A DNA stretch of 63,224 bases, filler included, from Reticulomyxa filosa (GCA_000512085.1; 19 parts of 19 records of this genome joined end to end with filler, not necessarily neighbours in it), one strand, 5' to 3'. Shown: positions 27,003-39,188, counted from the first letter of the whole stretch. Notes: generated from the sequence alone by a model not told the origin. Numbers and translations: made by a program.

Positions 27003-27615
27003 TTATTTGTAGATGCGAATGGGCCCATTGCAAGTGCCATAAATTAACTGTTGATCACCATCCTTCTTCATTTTGTTTTTGGAAGTTTGAAAGTAGATTG
27101 ATAATATTCCTTTGTCATCGTCTCTTCCGTTGATTACATGTAGTTGTTTGTTGACTCGAGTATCCCAAAATCGGATGGTGTTGTCAATCGAGCCAGAACA
27201 TATTATGTTTGCACGTTCATATTCAACAGTCCACACAGCTTTTGTATGCCCCCTGAGTGTATGAATATTTTTTTTGGACCGAATATCCCACAGTCGGACA
27301 GTTTTATCTTCTGATCCAGAACATAGGGTAGTTCCAGTGGGTGAATACTTTACACTATACACGTAATGTTCATGTCCTTTGAAAACAGCCAATTCTTTGG
27401 ATTCTTCGATATCCCATTGGCAAATGGTATTGTCGTGCGACGCAGAACAAAGTGTATACCCCGCTCCGCCGATTACACCATTACCAGTGCATTGATCGTC
27501 ATTTGTGTTGCCCTCGCTTTGCACCGGTGAAAATTCTACGCGCCAAACACAAGATGTGTGTCCATTGAAAACAGATAGCATTTTGCCTGTTTTGATATCC
27601 CACAAGCGCAGAGTT
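27003..27615 (-). CDS. WD40-repeat protein, C-terminal part
   Basis: Intact GH...LCSGSEDKTVRLWD repeats and the family terminus YGTCNGPIRIYK. Confidence 0.9.
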
Positions 27616-27715
27616 NNNNNNNNNNNNNNNNNNNNNNNNNNNNNNNNNNNNNNNNNNNNTTAATTAATTAANNNNNNNNNNNNNNNNNNNNNNNNNNNNN
27701 NNNNNNNNNNNNNNN

Positions 27716-27931
27716 ACATTGTTCACCAATAAGTACTGCTTCTTTGCGATCTTCGTGTTTATTACAAACTAATCCCATTGCATTATTTGCAATTTGTTTA
27801 CATAGCAAACATTGAAAGTTTTTGAAGAGCTTGGGTTTCTTCAAAACTACCCATTCCTTGTCATAACATCCATCAAGAGACAAGGTTTTTAACTTTCTTA
27901 CTTTGTCTTCTTGTTCATGTAACATTAACAT
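27716..27931 (-). CDS. N-terminal RING-like zinc finger of an expanded family, 3' truncated
   Basis: CYDKEW...FQCLLCKQIANNAMGLVCNKHE...LIGEQC has CxxC...C..H...C ligand spacing. Confidence 0.65.
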
Positions 27932-28748
27932 GCTATTAATCTTTTTACTACTCTATTTTTTTTTGTTTTCCCTTTTTTTTTTATGTTTTGTCTCCCAAAA
28001 TTCATATGTTTTATTTTAATCAAATAAAACAATTTTGTTTTTTCATAAATAAATTGAGATATATTTGAAACTTGTCTTTTGTATTTTTTCACAGTTTGTA
28101 AAATCATCAGCATCAAGTTTTTACTTTTAATCTTTTACTGCAATTGAACTTTTAAATTATTTGAATTTTAGAAACGATCAAACAAGGAACAAGAATAAAT
28201 GTGCTTATATTTGTTTTGATTGTGTGATTGAAGTAATAAATATATGTTGCCTTTTTTATGTGAAATACATCTTTTTTGAAATGGAGTGATTTTTGTTCTA
28301 AACAAAAAAATTGGAGCCGTTCCACAAAAAAACTTGTAATTAATCAAAAAGAAACGAGTAAGATAGAAGAGGAAACAGGCGTGTATCCTTCGTTGTTAAT
28401 AGTATGATGTGCACCTTTTTCTTTCAAGCATTCAATTGTGTTACAATATTTATTGATGTAATTGAAATGCCACTCCATTGTAAATGCTTATGTTATGTAC
28501 TTAACGCTTATGCAAATCAAAATGATGAACCAGAGCCTTTTTTTGAAACAATGAACCAAAATATACTATGAAGATTAATTAGCGATTTTTAATGTAAAAA
28601 ATCAACATTTTTTGAAATGCTCTTTTTAACTGATTCGGTTGTTTTGTTATGATATTTTTTCGTATTATTAAGACTTAACAATCTAAATTTAAGATCAAAA
28701 TAAATTTTTGTCACACTTTAAAAAAAAGTAATAAATCATTCACATATG

Positions 28749-29520
28749 TTATCTCCAAATATAGATTGTGCTTTTGCTTGAACCATAACATAAATTAACA
28801 CAGCTATCATCATTTGATTTTTTTTCATTGTTATTTACTTTCTTTTTTAATTCTATAAATTTAAGACATAATATTCCTTCATCTTCTTTATCATCTCCTT
28901 CAATCATATACAATTCCTTCTTATTTGATCGAATATCCCAAAAACGAATGGTATTGTCACCTGATGAAGAACAAATGACATTTTGACGATAATAATGATA
29001 TGGTGAAATTTTACACAATACACAGAACCTAAATGTCCATTGAGTGATTGAATTTGCTTGTTGTCAACATCCCGTATACGAATTGTTTTATCAGTTGATC
29101 AGAACAAATGATTTGACAATCACCAAGTGTTGAATAATCAATACTATTTACACAATTTGTGTGCCCAGTGAACGTATTAAGTAATTTAGATGATGAACGA
29201 AATGTGTCAAACATGAAGATAGCAAATGCCTGTGTTAAATAAACGTTTAAATACTTTGATTTACACTAAATGAAACAGAAAATAAAAGTACATAACATAA
29301 TTGACAACGAGTTCGTCAAAGTCTTTAATTCATCCTAATTTAATTTTTAGTATTTGAATCCAATGATGGATAATTAATTGGATCTTTTCTTATTCTTCTT
29401 TTTCTCCTTTTGACTGTTTCAATCATAAAGCAAAAAACGTTAAGCAAATAATAAAGGAATTAAAATTAAAGACGAAGTTTTCATTGATAAATTCAAGTTT
29501 TATCTTTCCTTTTTCTTTTG
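28749..29520 (-). pseudogene. WD40 family pseudogene with N-terminal box exon and internal deletion
   Basis: Exon 29297-29413 has two stops. It is followed by FDTFRSSSKLLNTFTGH, frameshifts, and a jump from repeat 2 to the terminal repeat. Confidence 0.8.
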
Positions 29521-30240
29521 AGATGATCTTGATGACGCGAGACAAAAAAAGGCTTGCACTTTTTTTAAGATCAATTCCTAGAAAATATAATACTGTAAAT
29601 TTAATAAAAAATTTTATCAGTGGATAACAAAATATTTGTCAAGTGATGTATACCAATTGAATTATATGAATTTTTCAAACAAAACTATGTTCAATATAAA
29701 TTGTAGTAAATGCAAAAAACCTCATCCCCAAATATGAAGATGTCATAGCTTGAATCGTAATATAAATTAACAAAACTATCACCATTGCTCTTTTTCTTTT
29801 TTTCTTTTTTTCTTTTTTTCATGTCTTTTCATCATCTTCATTATTATTCTTACTATAAATGATTACATAATCCGTATGTCCATTGAACACTTGAATTTGT
29901 TCACCAGATATAAAATTTGTAAAATAATGCATTCTAACAAATTGAAGGAAATATTTAATTGCATTTTGACAGATTATCTTTTCAATTCACAGCCTTTTTT
30001 CTTCTTCGCTCATTTTTTGTTAAAAGTGTGTAATCATAATTTGACTTTATGACTTACTTTTCTTTCATTTTATGATGAAATAAGTTATAAAAAAAAACTT
30101 GTTCTTTTCAATTACTTTGAAATTACAGTCACTTTCATCACTTTGCCAATTTTTTCCAAAAAATATCCTTTAATAATTTTTAATTCAAAATGTAATTAAA
30201 ACAAACAATAGACAAACTCAAAGTCAGCAAAAAAATGTCT

Positions 30241-30576
30241 TCACTGTCCCCAAAGACGAATCAAACCACTCAATAAGCCGTAACACAGATCATCACTGAA
30301 TATATTTTTCTTTTTTAATTGTAAAAATTTAAAACACAATATTCCGTTATTTTCTTCATCACCTCCTTTGATCGCATATAATTCGGTCTTATTTGATCGA
30401 ATATCCCAAAAACGAATTGTATTATCTAATGATCCAGAACATATTACGTTTGAATTAGTTTTAAATTCACTATTCCTTATTACAAATGGTGAATATTCAA
30501 CAGCATGCACAGAATATTTATGTTCATTGAACACCTGAATTTGTTGACCAGATCGAATATCCCACAAACGAACACT
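30241..30576 (-). CDS. WD40-repeat protein, C-terminal part
   Basis: VRLWDIRSGQQIQVF...ICSGSLDNTIRFWDIRSNK...LIRLWGQ*. Confidence 0.85.
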   Translation of the reverse strand, partial: SVRLWDIRSGQQIQVFNEHKYSVHAVEYSPFVIRNSEFKTNSNVICSGSLDNTIRFWDIRSNKTELYAIKGGDEENNGILCFKFLQLKKKNIFSDDLCYGLLSGLIRLWGQ

Positions 30577-30769
30577 NNNNNNNNNNNNNNNNNNNNNNNN
30601 NNNNNNNNNNNNNNNNNNNNTTAATTAATTAANNNNNNNNNNNNNNNNNNNNNNNNNNNNNNNNNNNNNNNNNNNNTTTTTTTTTTTTTTTTTTTTTTTT
30701 TTTTTTCTTTTTTATTTTCCTTTTTTTTTTTTCATTCATTTTATTTTCAATAAAAATTTCTTTTATATA

Positions 30770-31005
30770 TTTTTTCCCAAACCTTTTTCCAATATTTTTA
30801 TCTTTTCCCACAAGATACTTTTTACATGTTTTTTTCCCAACATTTTCAACAATTTTTCACAAATGTTTATTTTCCCAATGTTTTTTTCCCCTATGCTTTT
30901 TTCCCAATGTTTTTTTCCATAGCTTTTTTTCACTAACGTTTTTTCCCTAACGTTTTTTTCACTAACGTTTTTTTCCCAATTTTTTTCAAAATTTTTCCCC
31001 AATTT
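30770..31005. repeat. Degenerate ~12-15-nt minisatellite (T5-8 CCCAA/CCCTAA/CACTAA + TG/CG)
   Basis: More than a dozen consecutive units such as TTTTTTCCCAATG and TTTTTTCCCTAACG. Confidence 0.75.
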
Positions 31006-31057
31006 CATATCATTTATTCCCTTTTTTCAAAGAAAACAAAACATTTCACAATTTATC

Positions 31058-31767
31058 TTGTCGCTTGCACGTCTATAATATAACAAATAAATCTTTTTTA
31101 TTTTAAACAAAAATAAAACAAAATTTTTACCTTGGCTGAGGGAGCCAAGCTCCAATTTATATTCAAATTTTCTATTTTTTTCTTTTGTCAGGGATGAAAC
31201 TCATCCAAAGAAAACAATTTTTTTTTATGAAGTGATGTAGCAAAAAAAAATATATATTCATTGATGGGTGCATGCCTATTGATAAACACAACAAACCAAG
31301 CCATATTTTTATAATAAACACAAACATACAAATAAATGTACAAACCCTTATTATTTTTTTTTCAATGCGGGCTGGACTTCAACCCCTGATTTTTTCTTCA
31401 TATATGATGGGATGAAAAACTTTTTTTTTCTTTGCGAAACTGGTGACGGCTGTTTCAAACAAATCAAAGTTTAATATATTTAAAAAAATAAATAGATAAA
31501 TAAATAGATTACAAACCTTTGTAACTCCTTTCGGAGACGGGGACCGTACCCCATTTATCATTTTTTTTTATTTTGCAGAAGAATGCAAAGCATCCAAAAC
31601 AATTCATTTTTTTTTTCAAATGAGAGTCTGTTGAAAACACAAACAAACAGACTTTTCTTCTTCAGTTGAAAAAATATAAAAAAATACAAAAAAATCATAC
31701 TGTTGCAAGGTTGGACTGGGAGGGTAATATTACCCTAAATACAAGTTGGCACAAGTGAAGACGACAA
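31058..31767 (+). ncRNA. Candidate large structured ncRNA (RNase P/MRP-like topology, identity unproven)
   Basis: Terminal helix 31058-31070 pairs with 31755-31767. Two further long-range stems cross each other. At least seven local hairpins, with G-U pairs mostly on the + strand. No credible ORF. Confidence 0.45.
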
Positions 31768-32682
31768 AAAAAAGAAAGAAAAAACCCTTTTTTTTGTTCA
31801 GTAAAATGTAATGTGTTTATAAAAAAAAAGATGGAAAATTGTAATTTTTGAAATATTTTGATATTTTAAACGAAATTACTTAAAAAAAAAAGAATTGTTG
31901 AAATTTTTGATAACATTTCATTTCCAAAAACAACTTAGCAACACGTAATTGAATATTATAATTGTCTTTTGGAATGAGTCTTTAATGGAATATTATCCAC
32001 ATCTTTTTTTTTTGAATAATTTTTTTTTTTCTGTCTGAAAGTGAAAAAGTTTTCCTTTTCTTCAAAAAAGTTCTACTTTTGCAAATGTGGTTTGGCTCTT
32101 CTCTCTTCAAACAATCTAACAAGCCAAGCTTACACAACATGGAACTCACTCTCAAATAGCTCCTTTTCCAATGTATTCCTCTACAAAAGTGCAAAAGAAT
32201 ATGAACGCAAAACTAAGTTTTTGTATACGTAATGAACATTGTACATAATTAATGGTTTATCATTATCGCATTTGGATTTTGGAAAAAAATTAATTCATTT
32301 AGACAAAGGTTTTGTTAACAGATTTGGGATACACAGTATCACAGTGTTCTCTAAAATTTGCACAACTTTCTTATAATGCAATATTAAACTATCCATAGCT
32401 AGGAGGAAAACTCTAGAATATTGGTTTTGTTGTTAGTTTATTAAACGTGAGATTCCTTTTTTCAAAATACAAACCTTTAACTCGGATTATATTTAAAACG
32501 ATGTTTGTTGGCAAAAAGAAAATCTTCTAGGAGTGAACTATTTTTGTGTAGAATTAGAAACATATTTCTCTTTTGAAAAAAATATACTATACTAGAAACA
32601 TATCAAGTCTTGTGAGTTGTCTTTTTCTGTTCTAAGAAAGAAAAAAGGGAAGTAATTCCAAAAAAAGCTAGAACGACCAAAT

Positions 32683-34043
32683 ATGGTTGGATTTGATCAA
32701 ACTCAAAACTTTTTCGATATTGTAAAACAAAAATGTAATGACGAAAATAAGCAATATGAACGATATATCCAAGCCAAAGAAAATGCGTCAGTTGTGATAA
32801 CAAGTTGTTTGCAAATGGTTAGAACAATTTCGTTATGTATTTTATAGCAATCAATACCTTAATTGATTTTGTGTAGGAGATAAAGAAAAGAAAAGTAAAG
32901 TAAATTTGGAGATGACAAAAAAAATAAAAATAAAAATAAAATCCAGAATCGAAGCACAGACCGAATGTTTGATTATTTATGCAAAAACCGTGGAGATTAC
33001 TTGGGAATAAACATATTGGGTTTAGGACAAAGTAATCAATACAAATCAATTTCAAAAAGTTGGAATGATGATGATAAATATCAATTCGAGAATACCATTT
33101 TGTTATTTATCAAAGACATAAACAAAGAAATTCTTGACTTGCAAAATTTATTAAGTTTGTCCATATTTGTTATTTTTTTGTACAAAAAAAGAAGTTCCCC
33201 TTTTTTGACTTGAACGTGATAAATCAGATAGTAATGAATCATCAATAATGCAACAACATAACTATTTTCAATATCAAAAACGAGTACTAATTTGTTTGAA
33301 ATTTAGCATTGACGGATTATCTAGTGAAATGAAGAGTTTGATTCGTTCAAAAATGAAATTTCAACATGATTTGTCTAGTATTTTAGGCGATGCATATGCA
33401 CACACGTCATTGCGTGGAAGTGCGAAGACATATGTCACTAACACAGAGGGATGTGATATGTTCATCCAAGAAATGTTAAATGATTATAAAAGGAAAGCAT
33501 ACAACAGTAACTCGATCAAATTGACGAATGCAATGATCGTACCCCGTCTTCCAGCAGTAAAATTAGACTCAGGACTTATACCAAAATCTCGTACCTTACC
33601 AGTTGCTTCTCAACCAGAACAAGATCGTAATACCATTTCTCCATCTGAGGAAGCGTTTTAGTAAATCTTTTTTTTAAAAAAAAAAAAAAAAAGTGATTGA
33701 AAAAAAAATGAATTTCTTTGATGATACAAAAAGATTATTTTTGCGCGAAAGTCAACAAATGCTGCAAGCTATTGAATCAGAAAAAGATGAAGTACTATTG
33801 GCGGAACAAAAAACAAATGAAATTTGTAGTTTATTGGAAATGTTCACTGAAAATATTACTTCACAGGACACCGTCATTGGCACTATTGAAAGCATTGTCA
33901 CCCAATCCGCTGACGACCTCAAAACTGGGAATAAAGAACTAGAAAAAGCCACAGAAAGAGGACGGGTCACTCGTTCCATGTTCGTCATTTTGGTAGTTGC
34001 GCTAACTTTTTCTTTGCTGTTCTTAGATTGGTTCAAGTCGTAA
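32683..34043 (+). CDS. STX18: Syntaxin-18/Ufe1/SYP81-type ER Qa-SNARE, multi-exon
   Basis: N-terminal MVGFDQTQNFF, SNARE helix with central Q (ITSQDTVI), GNKELEKA, and a C-terminal TM ending FSLLFLDW. Confidence 0.85.
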
Positions 34044-34731
34044 GCATTCTTTGCTTTTAATTTCATCACTTAATTCTTCTCACTATCCACTCCGTCTTTT
34101 CTCATTTAACTCAACACGGTATAACATTATCATCCCTGCATCTGATCTGCAATACAATTCTTTAATATATTTTCCCATTTTCTTTTTGAATTTTTTATTA
34201 TAATATTTTCAAACAATTCAACGTTATAATTTTTTTCTAGCCCAAAACATACAAGGAAAGGGACTATTGCCTATCAAAAATAGTCCTTAGCAAACATAGA
34301 CGAACAAAGATATTAATCCTTAAAAAAAGCACTTTAATTTTTGTTTCACCATCATCTAATTGATCAATCTGTACAAAGGAAACTTGGAAACTTTATTTTT
34401 GAGGAAGATTATGGCAATACTTCCTTATTGATGAATAAGGTTGATAATCGAAAACAACCAGATGCTTACGCTGTTTGATTTTGATAATTTATTTTGCCAG
34501 TTGATATACAAAGAGTTTTCTCAAATGGCAAATTGAGTGTGCTGATAACAACTTAAAATGATTTCAAAACAAGTAAGATGCAAAGAGTAATGATGGTGTG
34601 CGATTGTTTGTACATTAATCAATTCGCAGTATCATAATCTCTTATGAGAAAGTAAGTAAAGAAATTAGCTTCAACAATAAGAACAAGGCTAGAAAAAGTG
34701 TTAAAAAAAAAATCAACCCCAATTTCTACAG

Positions 34732-35957
34732 TTATTTTGCTTGTTCCTCAGTTGGTGCTTTATTTGATTCGTCTTGCTTCGACTCGTCTTCCAACCTTTT
34801 CCATTCTCGATCAAAGTCGACAAAGGACCTATTTTCCATCCCAACGATGAAAAGAAAGAAAATATCTCACTCCGTTTTCTTCTTCATTAACAGCATTTTA
34901 GTTTCAGAGTAGATACGTATATTTTAAAAAAAAAACAACAACAAATTAACTGTAAATATTGGACAATGCTTGGCAACTGATTTTTATAATGAGATCCAAT
35001 GAGAAAAGAATACAAATCATGTGCGAAAGTTTGACAATTGCAACTTAAAGCATTATAGGCATCATGTTCAGTGGACCATTTTTCCAAGAAAGTAATAATA
35101 TCAGCGACTGTTTTCTCGCTGCATTTGGCAGGAATAAATCCGCTCTCTTCGCCCTTTTCGCGATAGAGATCAAGGCCTTCTGTTATTTTCTCTGGAGTGT
35201 GGTACATATCATCACCAACAATCCCACAAAAAAGGATGTCTGTTGTATCGGATTCTTTCTTTGCATTGGCTTGTTGCTTTTGCTTTTCCATTTCTTCCTC
35301 GGGCAAAGGCAAAGTGGGAAGCACACAAGCCAATATCGTGTGTTTCATTTCAATAAAATCTCCCTTGTCATTGGGGACATAATATTTCAAAAACTCGTCT
35401 AATTCAGTAAACATAGTCGTTTTCTATGTTTTTCATATCAAAAAAAAAAAAACTTGAGCAAAACATGCTTATTACTTTTTATATATGTACATATATGTGC
35501 ATATATATATTGTTCGTTTATTTATTTGTTTTTGCTCGGCTGCGATATCTCTTTTAACTGGTTTGAATCCAAACACCCCTCGCGCATTTTTTTCAAAAAA
35601 ATCAAACTCCAACAGGGTGTCCCCGCAGTGAACTTTCACACACCAATGGTGGAATCTTCCATTTGCGATCCTTGAAATTGGACGACTACACAACCATACT
35701 GCTTGGATTGGTGACGTATCCCATTCTCTTAGAGAAGTCATCACTGAGTCCACATCTTGACGATCTATTTCATAACCCAGCATCTTGTCCGTAAAACTTA
35801 GTACTGATGCTTTACTTAAAGCCTTAGAGCTTTTGGAAACTGACGACACGGGGAAGATTTTTTGAAGTTTTTGGCTTTTTTCAGTTTTTGCCTGTCCGGC
35901 ATCAGCATTTTCAGTTTTGGGCTTTTCAGTGGTAGATTTTTGCTGATTATTGCCCAT
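34732..35957 (-). CDS. PPPDE/permuted papain-like thiol peptidase with MG N-terminus, three exons
   Basis: HHWCVKV (catalytic His) and YNALSCNCQTFAHDL (catalytic Cys). Starts MGNNQQKS. Last exon SFVDFDREW...EEQAK*. Confidence 0.65.
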
Positions 35958-36316
35958 TATCAAATATATTTTCCACTTGAAAAAAATAACGCAAGGAGCA
36001 AAGTCCGACAGAACTTTATGTCCTCTAAAAAAAAATTCCACAGTTAAATTTTTGGAAAAATTGTAAAAGATGGAATGTCTTAATTTGATGATGATCGTGT
36101 AAACAAAAAATTTATGCTTTGTCGCAAATGGATACTGGAGTTTCATAAGAACGATCCAGTTCTTAATGATTTTAATGCTTTTAAAGTTAACAAAAAAGCT
36201 TCGTTTATAATTTACAGTTGTTCCCATATTAATAACATAGATTAGCACGACAGCGTCTTTTTTTGGAAAAGGCACGCCTAAAAAATATGATAAAACACAA
36301 AAAAAAGGGACTACAA

Positions 36317-36871
36317 ATGGTGTCAATTTGGAATTTTTTGGTGTCTTGTATTGCCTCCTTAATTTTGAAGATCGCTATCAACCGAGACGCACAATGCCTG
36401 GTGCAATTTAGTGGCTTTTTGCACTATATGCATACTCCAGGAGATTTAAGCCGTGGCTCTTGCATGGGGGCTGGAATTGGTGTTTATCATATGGTGTCTT
36501 TATGGTGTAGCCACAATTTTCCGTCTTTCTCGTTCACAATAACTCTGTTGGTTTTTCTTATGTCAGCTTATGGAGTTGCTCACCGGTTTACTTTCATTAA
36601 TTGTTGCAATGACGTACAATTGGGATGGCATTATCTATTTGGAGTGTGTTGGAGTTATATGTGTATGATAAACTTATATGTGGGTTTATTTCAAGCGATC
36701 ATGTATGCTTTGAGTCTGCTGACAATCATGCCACTGATCGAACTTATTATTCTTTACATCGTGACAACAGTGCCATGGATTGTTACACTTGGACAAATTG
36801 TTAGTTCAATTGTAACCTACTTACCGTATAGTCTCTTTGAAGAACCGTGGCTTGGGCACTGGACACATTGA
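36317..36871 (+). CDS. Small polytopic membrane protein, weakly Mpo1/DUF962-like
   Basis: Intronless 184-aa hydrophobic ORF transcribed divergently from the PPPDE gene. Confidence 0.5.
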   Translation: MVSIWNFLVSCIASLILKIAINRDAQCLVQFSGFLHYMHTPGDLSRGSCMGAGIGVYHMVSLWCSHNFPSFSFTITLLVFLMSAYGVAHRFTFINCCNDVQLGWHYLFGVCWSYMCMINLYVGLFQAIMYALSLLTIMPLIELIILYIVTTVPWIVTLGQIVSSIVTYLPYSLFEEPWLGHWTH

Positions 36872-37195
36872 TTTTCTTGACCCCCCTTTTTTAAAAAAAT
36901 TGTACCTTTTTTCATCCGCATTCAATTAGTTCAAAATAGTCAAAAATTGAGCGAAATAACTCTAACCAAAGCAGTTTTTTTTGGTATGTCTGCGTGTAGA
37001 AGAATCGCGTTTATATTATCACCAGAAGATCGAAAGAGCTAGTGAGATTTCAAGAAAAATAAAACATAGAAACTGCCAAAAAAATTTTGTTTTTTTTTTT
37101 GGAAAGTACGCTCCCGTGTTTAGGAGAAATTTTGCAAACCAAAAAAAAATGGATTAAAATAAAATAAAAAATTGGACAAAATTTTGTGAAAAAAG

Positions 37196-38153
37196 TTATG
37201 CTTTTTTGTTTGCAGCCCATTGTTTAATGGATTGAGTGAGATTAAACTTCCGAATAGGATGAGCTTCAGTGTTAAAAACAAATTCGTTGAGAGGAATGAG
37301 TGACCCGGCGTGATCATCAAATAATAAATACAAGTACTTGAAAGTTTCGGCCATGACATAAGACTCCATTTTGTTGTCTTGCATTGGCGGGATGTCACGA
37401 ACATCGTTGATGCCACTGTAGGCAATTTCCGTGCGACAGTGTTGTTGAATGGCCTCAAATATCAACCATCCCCAATCGCGATACTGTTCATTGGAAGTAA
37501 CGGAAAACATCAAGTACAAAGACTCGATCGTTTCAGGTCGTAATTGATACTTTGGCTCTTTGACTTCCCAGCCTCGCTCGTCAAACTGGATTGACTCTGG
37601 TGCCAAATGTGTTGGCATTTCCAAATAAAGCTGAAGCAAATTGGAATTGTAAAAAAAGTAAATAAATAACATGTTTGTCAGTTGGTTTTTTTTTTTTTTG
37701 GTTTTTTTTTTCCTTCAACAATTTTCCACTCCTTCTCTCAATTGTAAGTAACTGAAACACAAGAGTCCAATAGCACGTGTGCAAGTTTTAAATGGACATC
37801 TCTATTTTGGATTAAACGTAATTCATCGCTGGTCAATTGAAATTGCAGCTTTTTGCTGTCTTCCTCACGCAAAATGCTGTGATAGTAACCCAATGCCAAC
37901 AGCCCTGGCATGAAGCAAGTCAGCTCTTCCATGCGTCCACGCCAACGTCCATACCAATGTTCGCCATAAAATAAAAGTTTGCGGTTGCGCTTTTCATCCA
38001 CGACCAAACGTAATAAGTGCTCATTGACGCTGTCGATACTGTCCAAATACATTCGCAATCCCTCTTTGTATTCGTAGTCTGTCAATATCCACGTTTTCAG
38101 TAAATACTCGTAAAACGAGTCGCACATGCCACCAATGGTATACACTTGTTCCT
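37196..38153 (-). CDS. Glycoside hydrolase family 47 alpha-1,2-mannosidase, C-terminal part
   Basis: DSFYEYLLK, LTCFMPG, LRPETIES, MESYVMAETFKYLYLLF and FNTEAHP motifs. One intron at ~37630-37750. Confidence 0.95.
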
Positions 38154-38200
38154 GTGCGCGCACGCATATACATATATCCATGTGCACATGTTTTTGGGAG

Positions 38201-38237
<37 letters not shown>

Positions 38238-38337
38238 NNNNNNNNNNNNNNNNNNNNNNNNNNNNNNNNNNNNNNNNNNNNTTAATTAATTAANNNNNNN
38301 NNNNNNNNNNNNNNNNNNNNNNNNNNNNNNNNNNNNN

Positions 38338-38547
38338 TTTTTTTTTGTTGGATAAAATCATTAGAAAGAATGGTGATTTCATCCAACAAAAAAAAGTTAT
38401 TAAAAAACAAATTTCATATTTAAAAACTACAAGATTTGTAGATATTTTTAAAAAAAAAATTAGGTCTAAATGTTGATTTTTCATGGAGAAAATCAATTAT
38501 CATCATATGATACCGTTTTAGGCTTCAGTTTTCTTTGCAACATACTG
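38338..38547. mobile_element. MITE/foldback element copy 3 (hairpin centre plus complete right arm)
   Basis: Centre TTTTTTTTGTTGGATAAAATCA-loop-TGATTTCATCCAACAAAAAAAA. The arm ends ...TTTGCAACATACTG|TA. Confidence 0.8.
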
Positions 38548-39188
38548 TAATATTATTATAAGATTCTGCACAAAAACGCTATGATGACATCATAGGACAG
38601 TCAAAAATGATAAATTTTATCTTGAAATAAAGCATTCTGTAGTTCATAAATAACACTTCAGAATTGTTACTATGTGTCATCATCAAAAAATCTAGTAAAA
38701 AAACTTGGCGTGGAATTTGATATAAACTTCTTTCACTTTTTTAAAATTGAAAAAAACAATAGACTTTTTTGTTTTGTAACAATAATTTTTGAAAATAGAA
38801 TATTTTTAAAATTGTGCAGTTCCTTTTACAAAAAAAAAGTGAAAAACTTGTTTCAAGTTTTTTAATTTGTGTTTAATCTACTATTAACTACTAACAAAAA
38901 GTTTCTTTCCTTGAAAAAAGCTGACTGACGTGAAGATGATTGAAAAAAATCTGATAAAGATAATAAACCCCATGAACACTAATGAAAATAAATTTAAAAC
39001 ATAAGTGAATGAATAATTGATAGGTTTTATGTATGAGATTTGTTTTTGTTATAAAATAGTAATTTGAAATATTTATTTCTTTGAAATAATTTAATTATGT
39101 CAAAATAATTTTGAATAAATTGATCAAATAAATTATTTAAAGATAGAATGATTTATACATATGTATATGTATATATATTCTTCAAAAT

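Noticed and set aside
31124-31150. TTACCTTGG as a U1 snRNA 5' end
   Set aside because: No ACTTACCTG match, U1-70K loop or correctly spaced Sm site. Treated as part of the larger RNA candidate.
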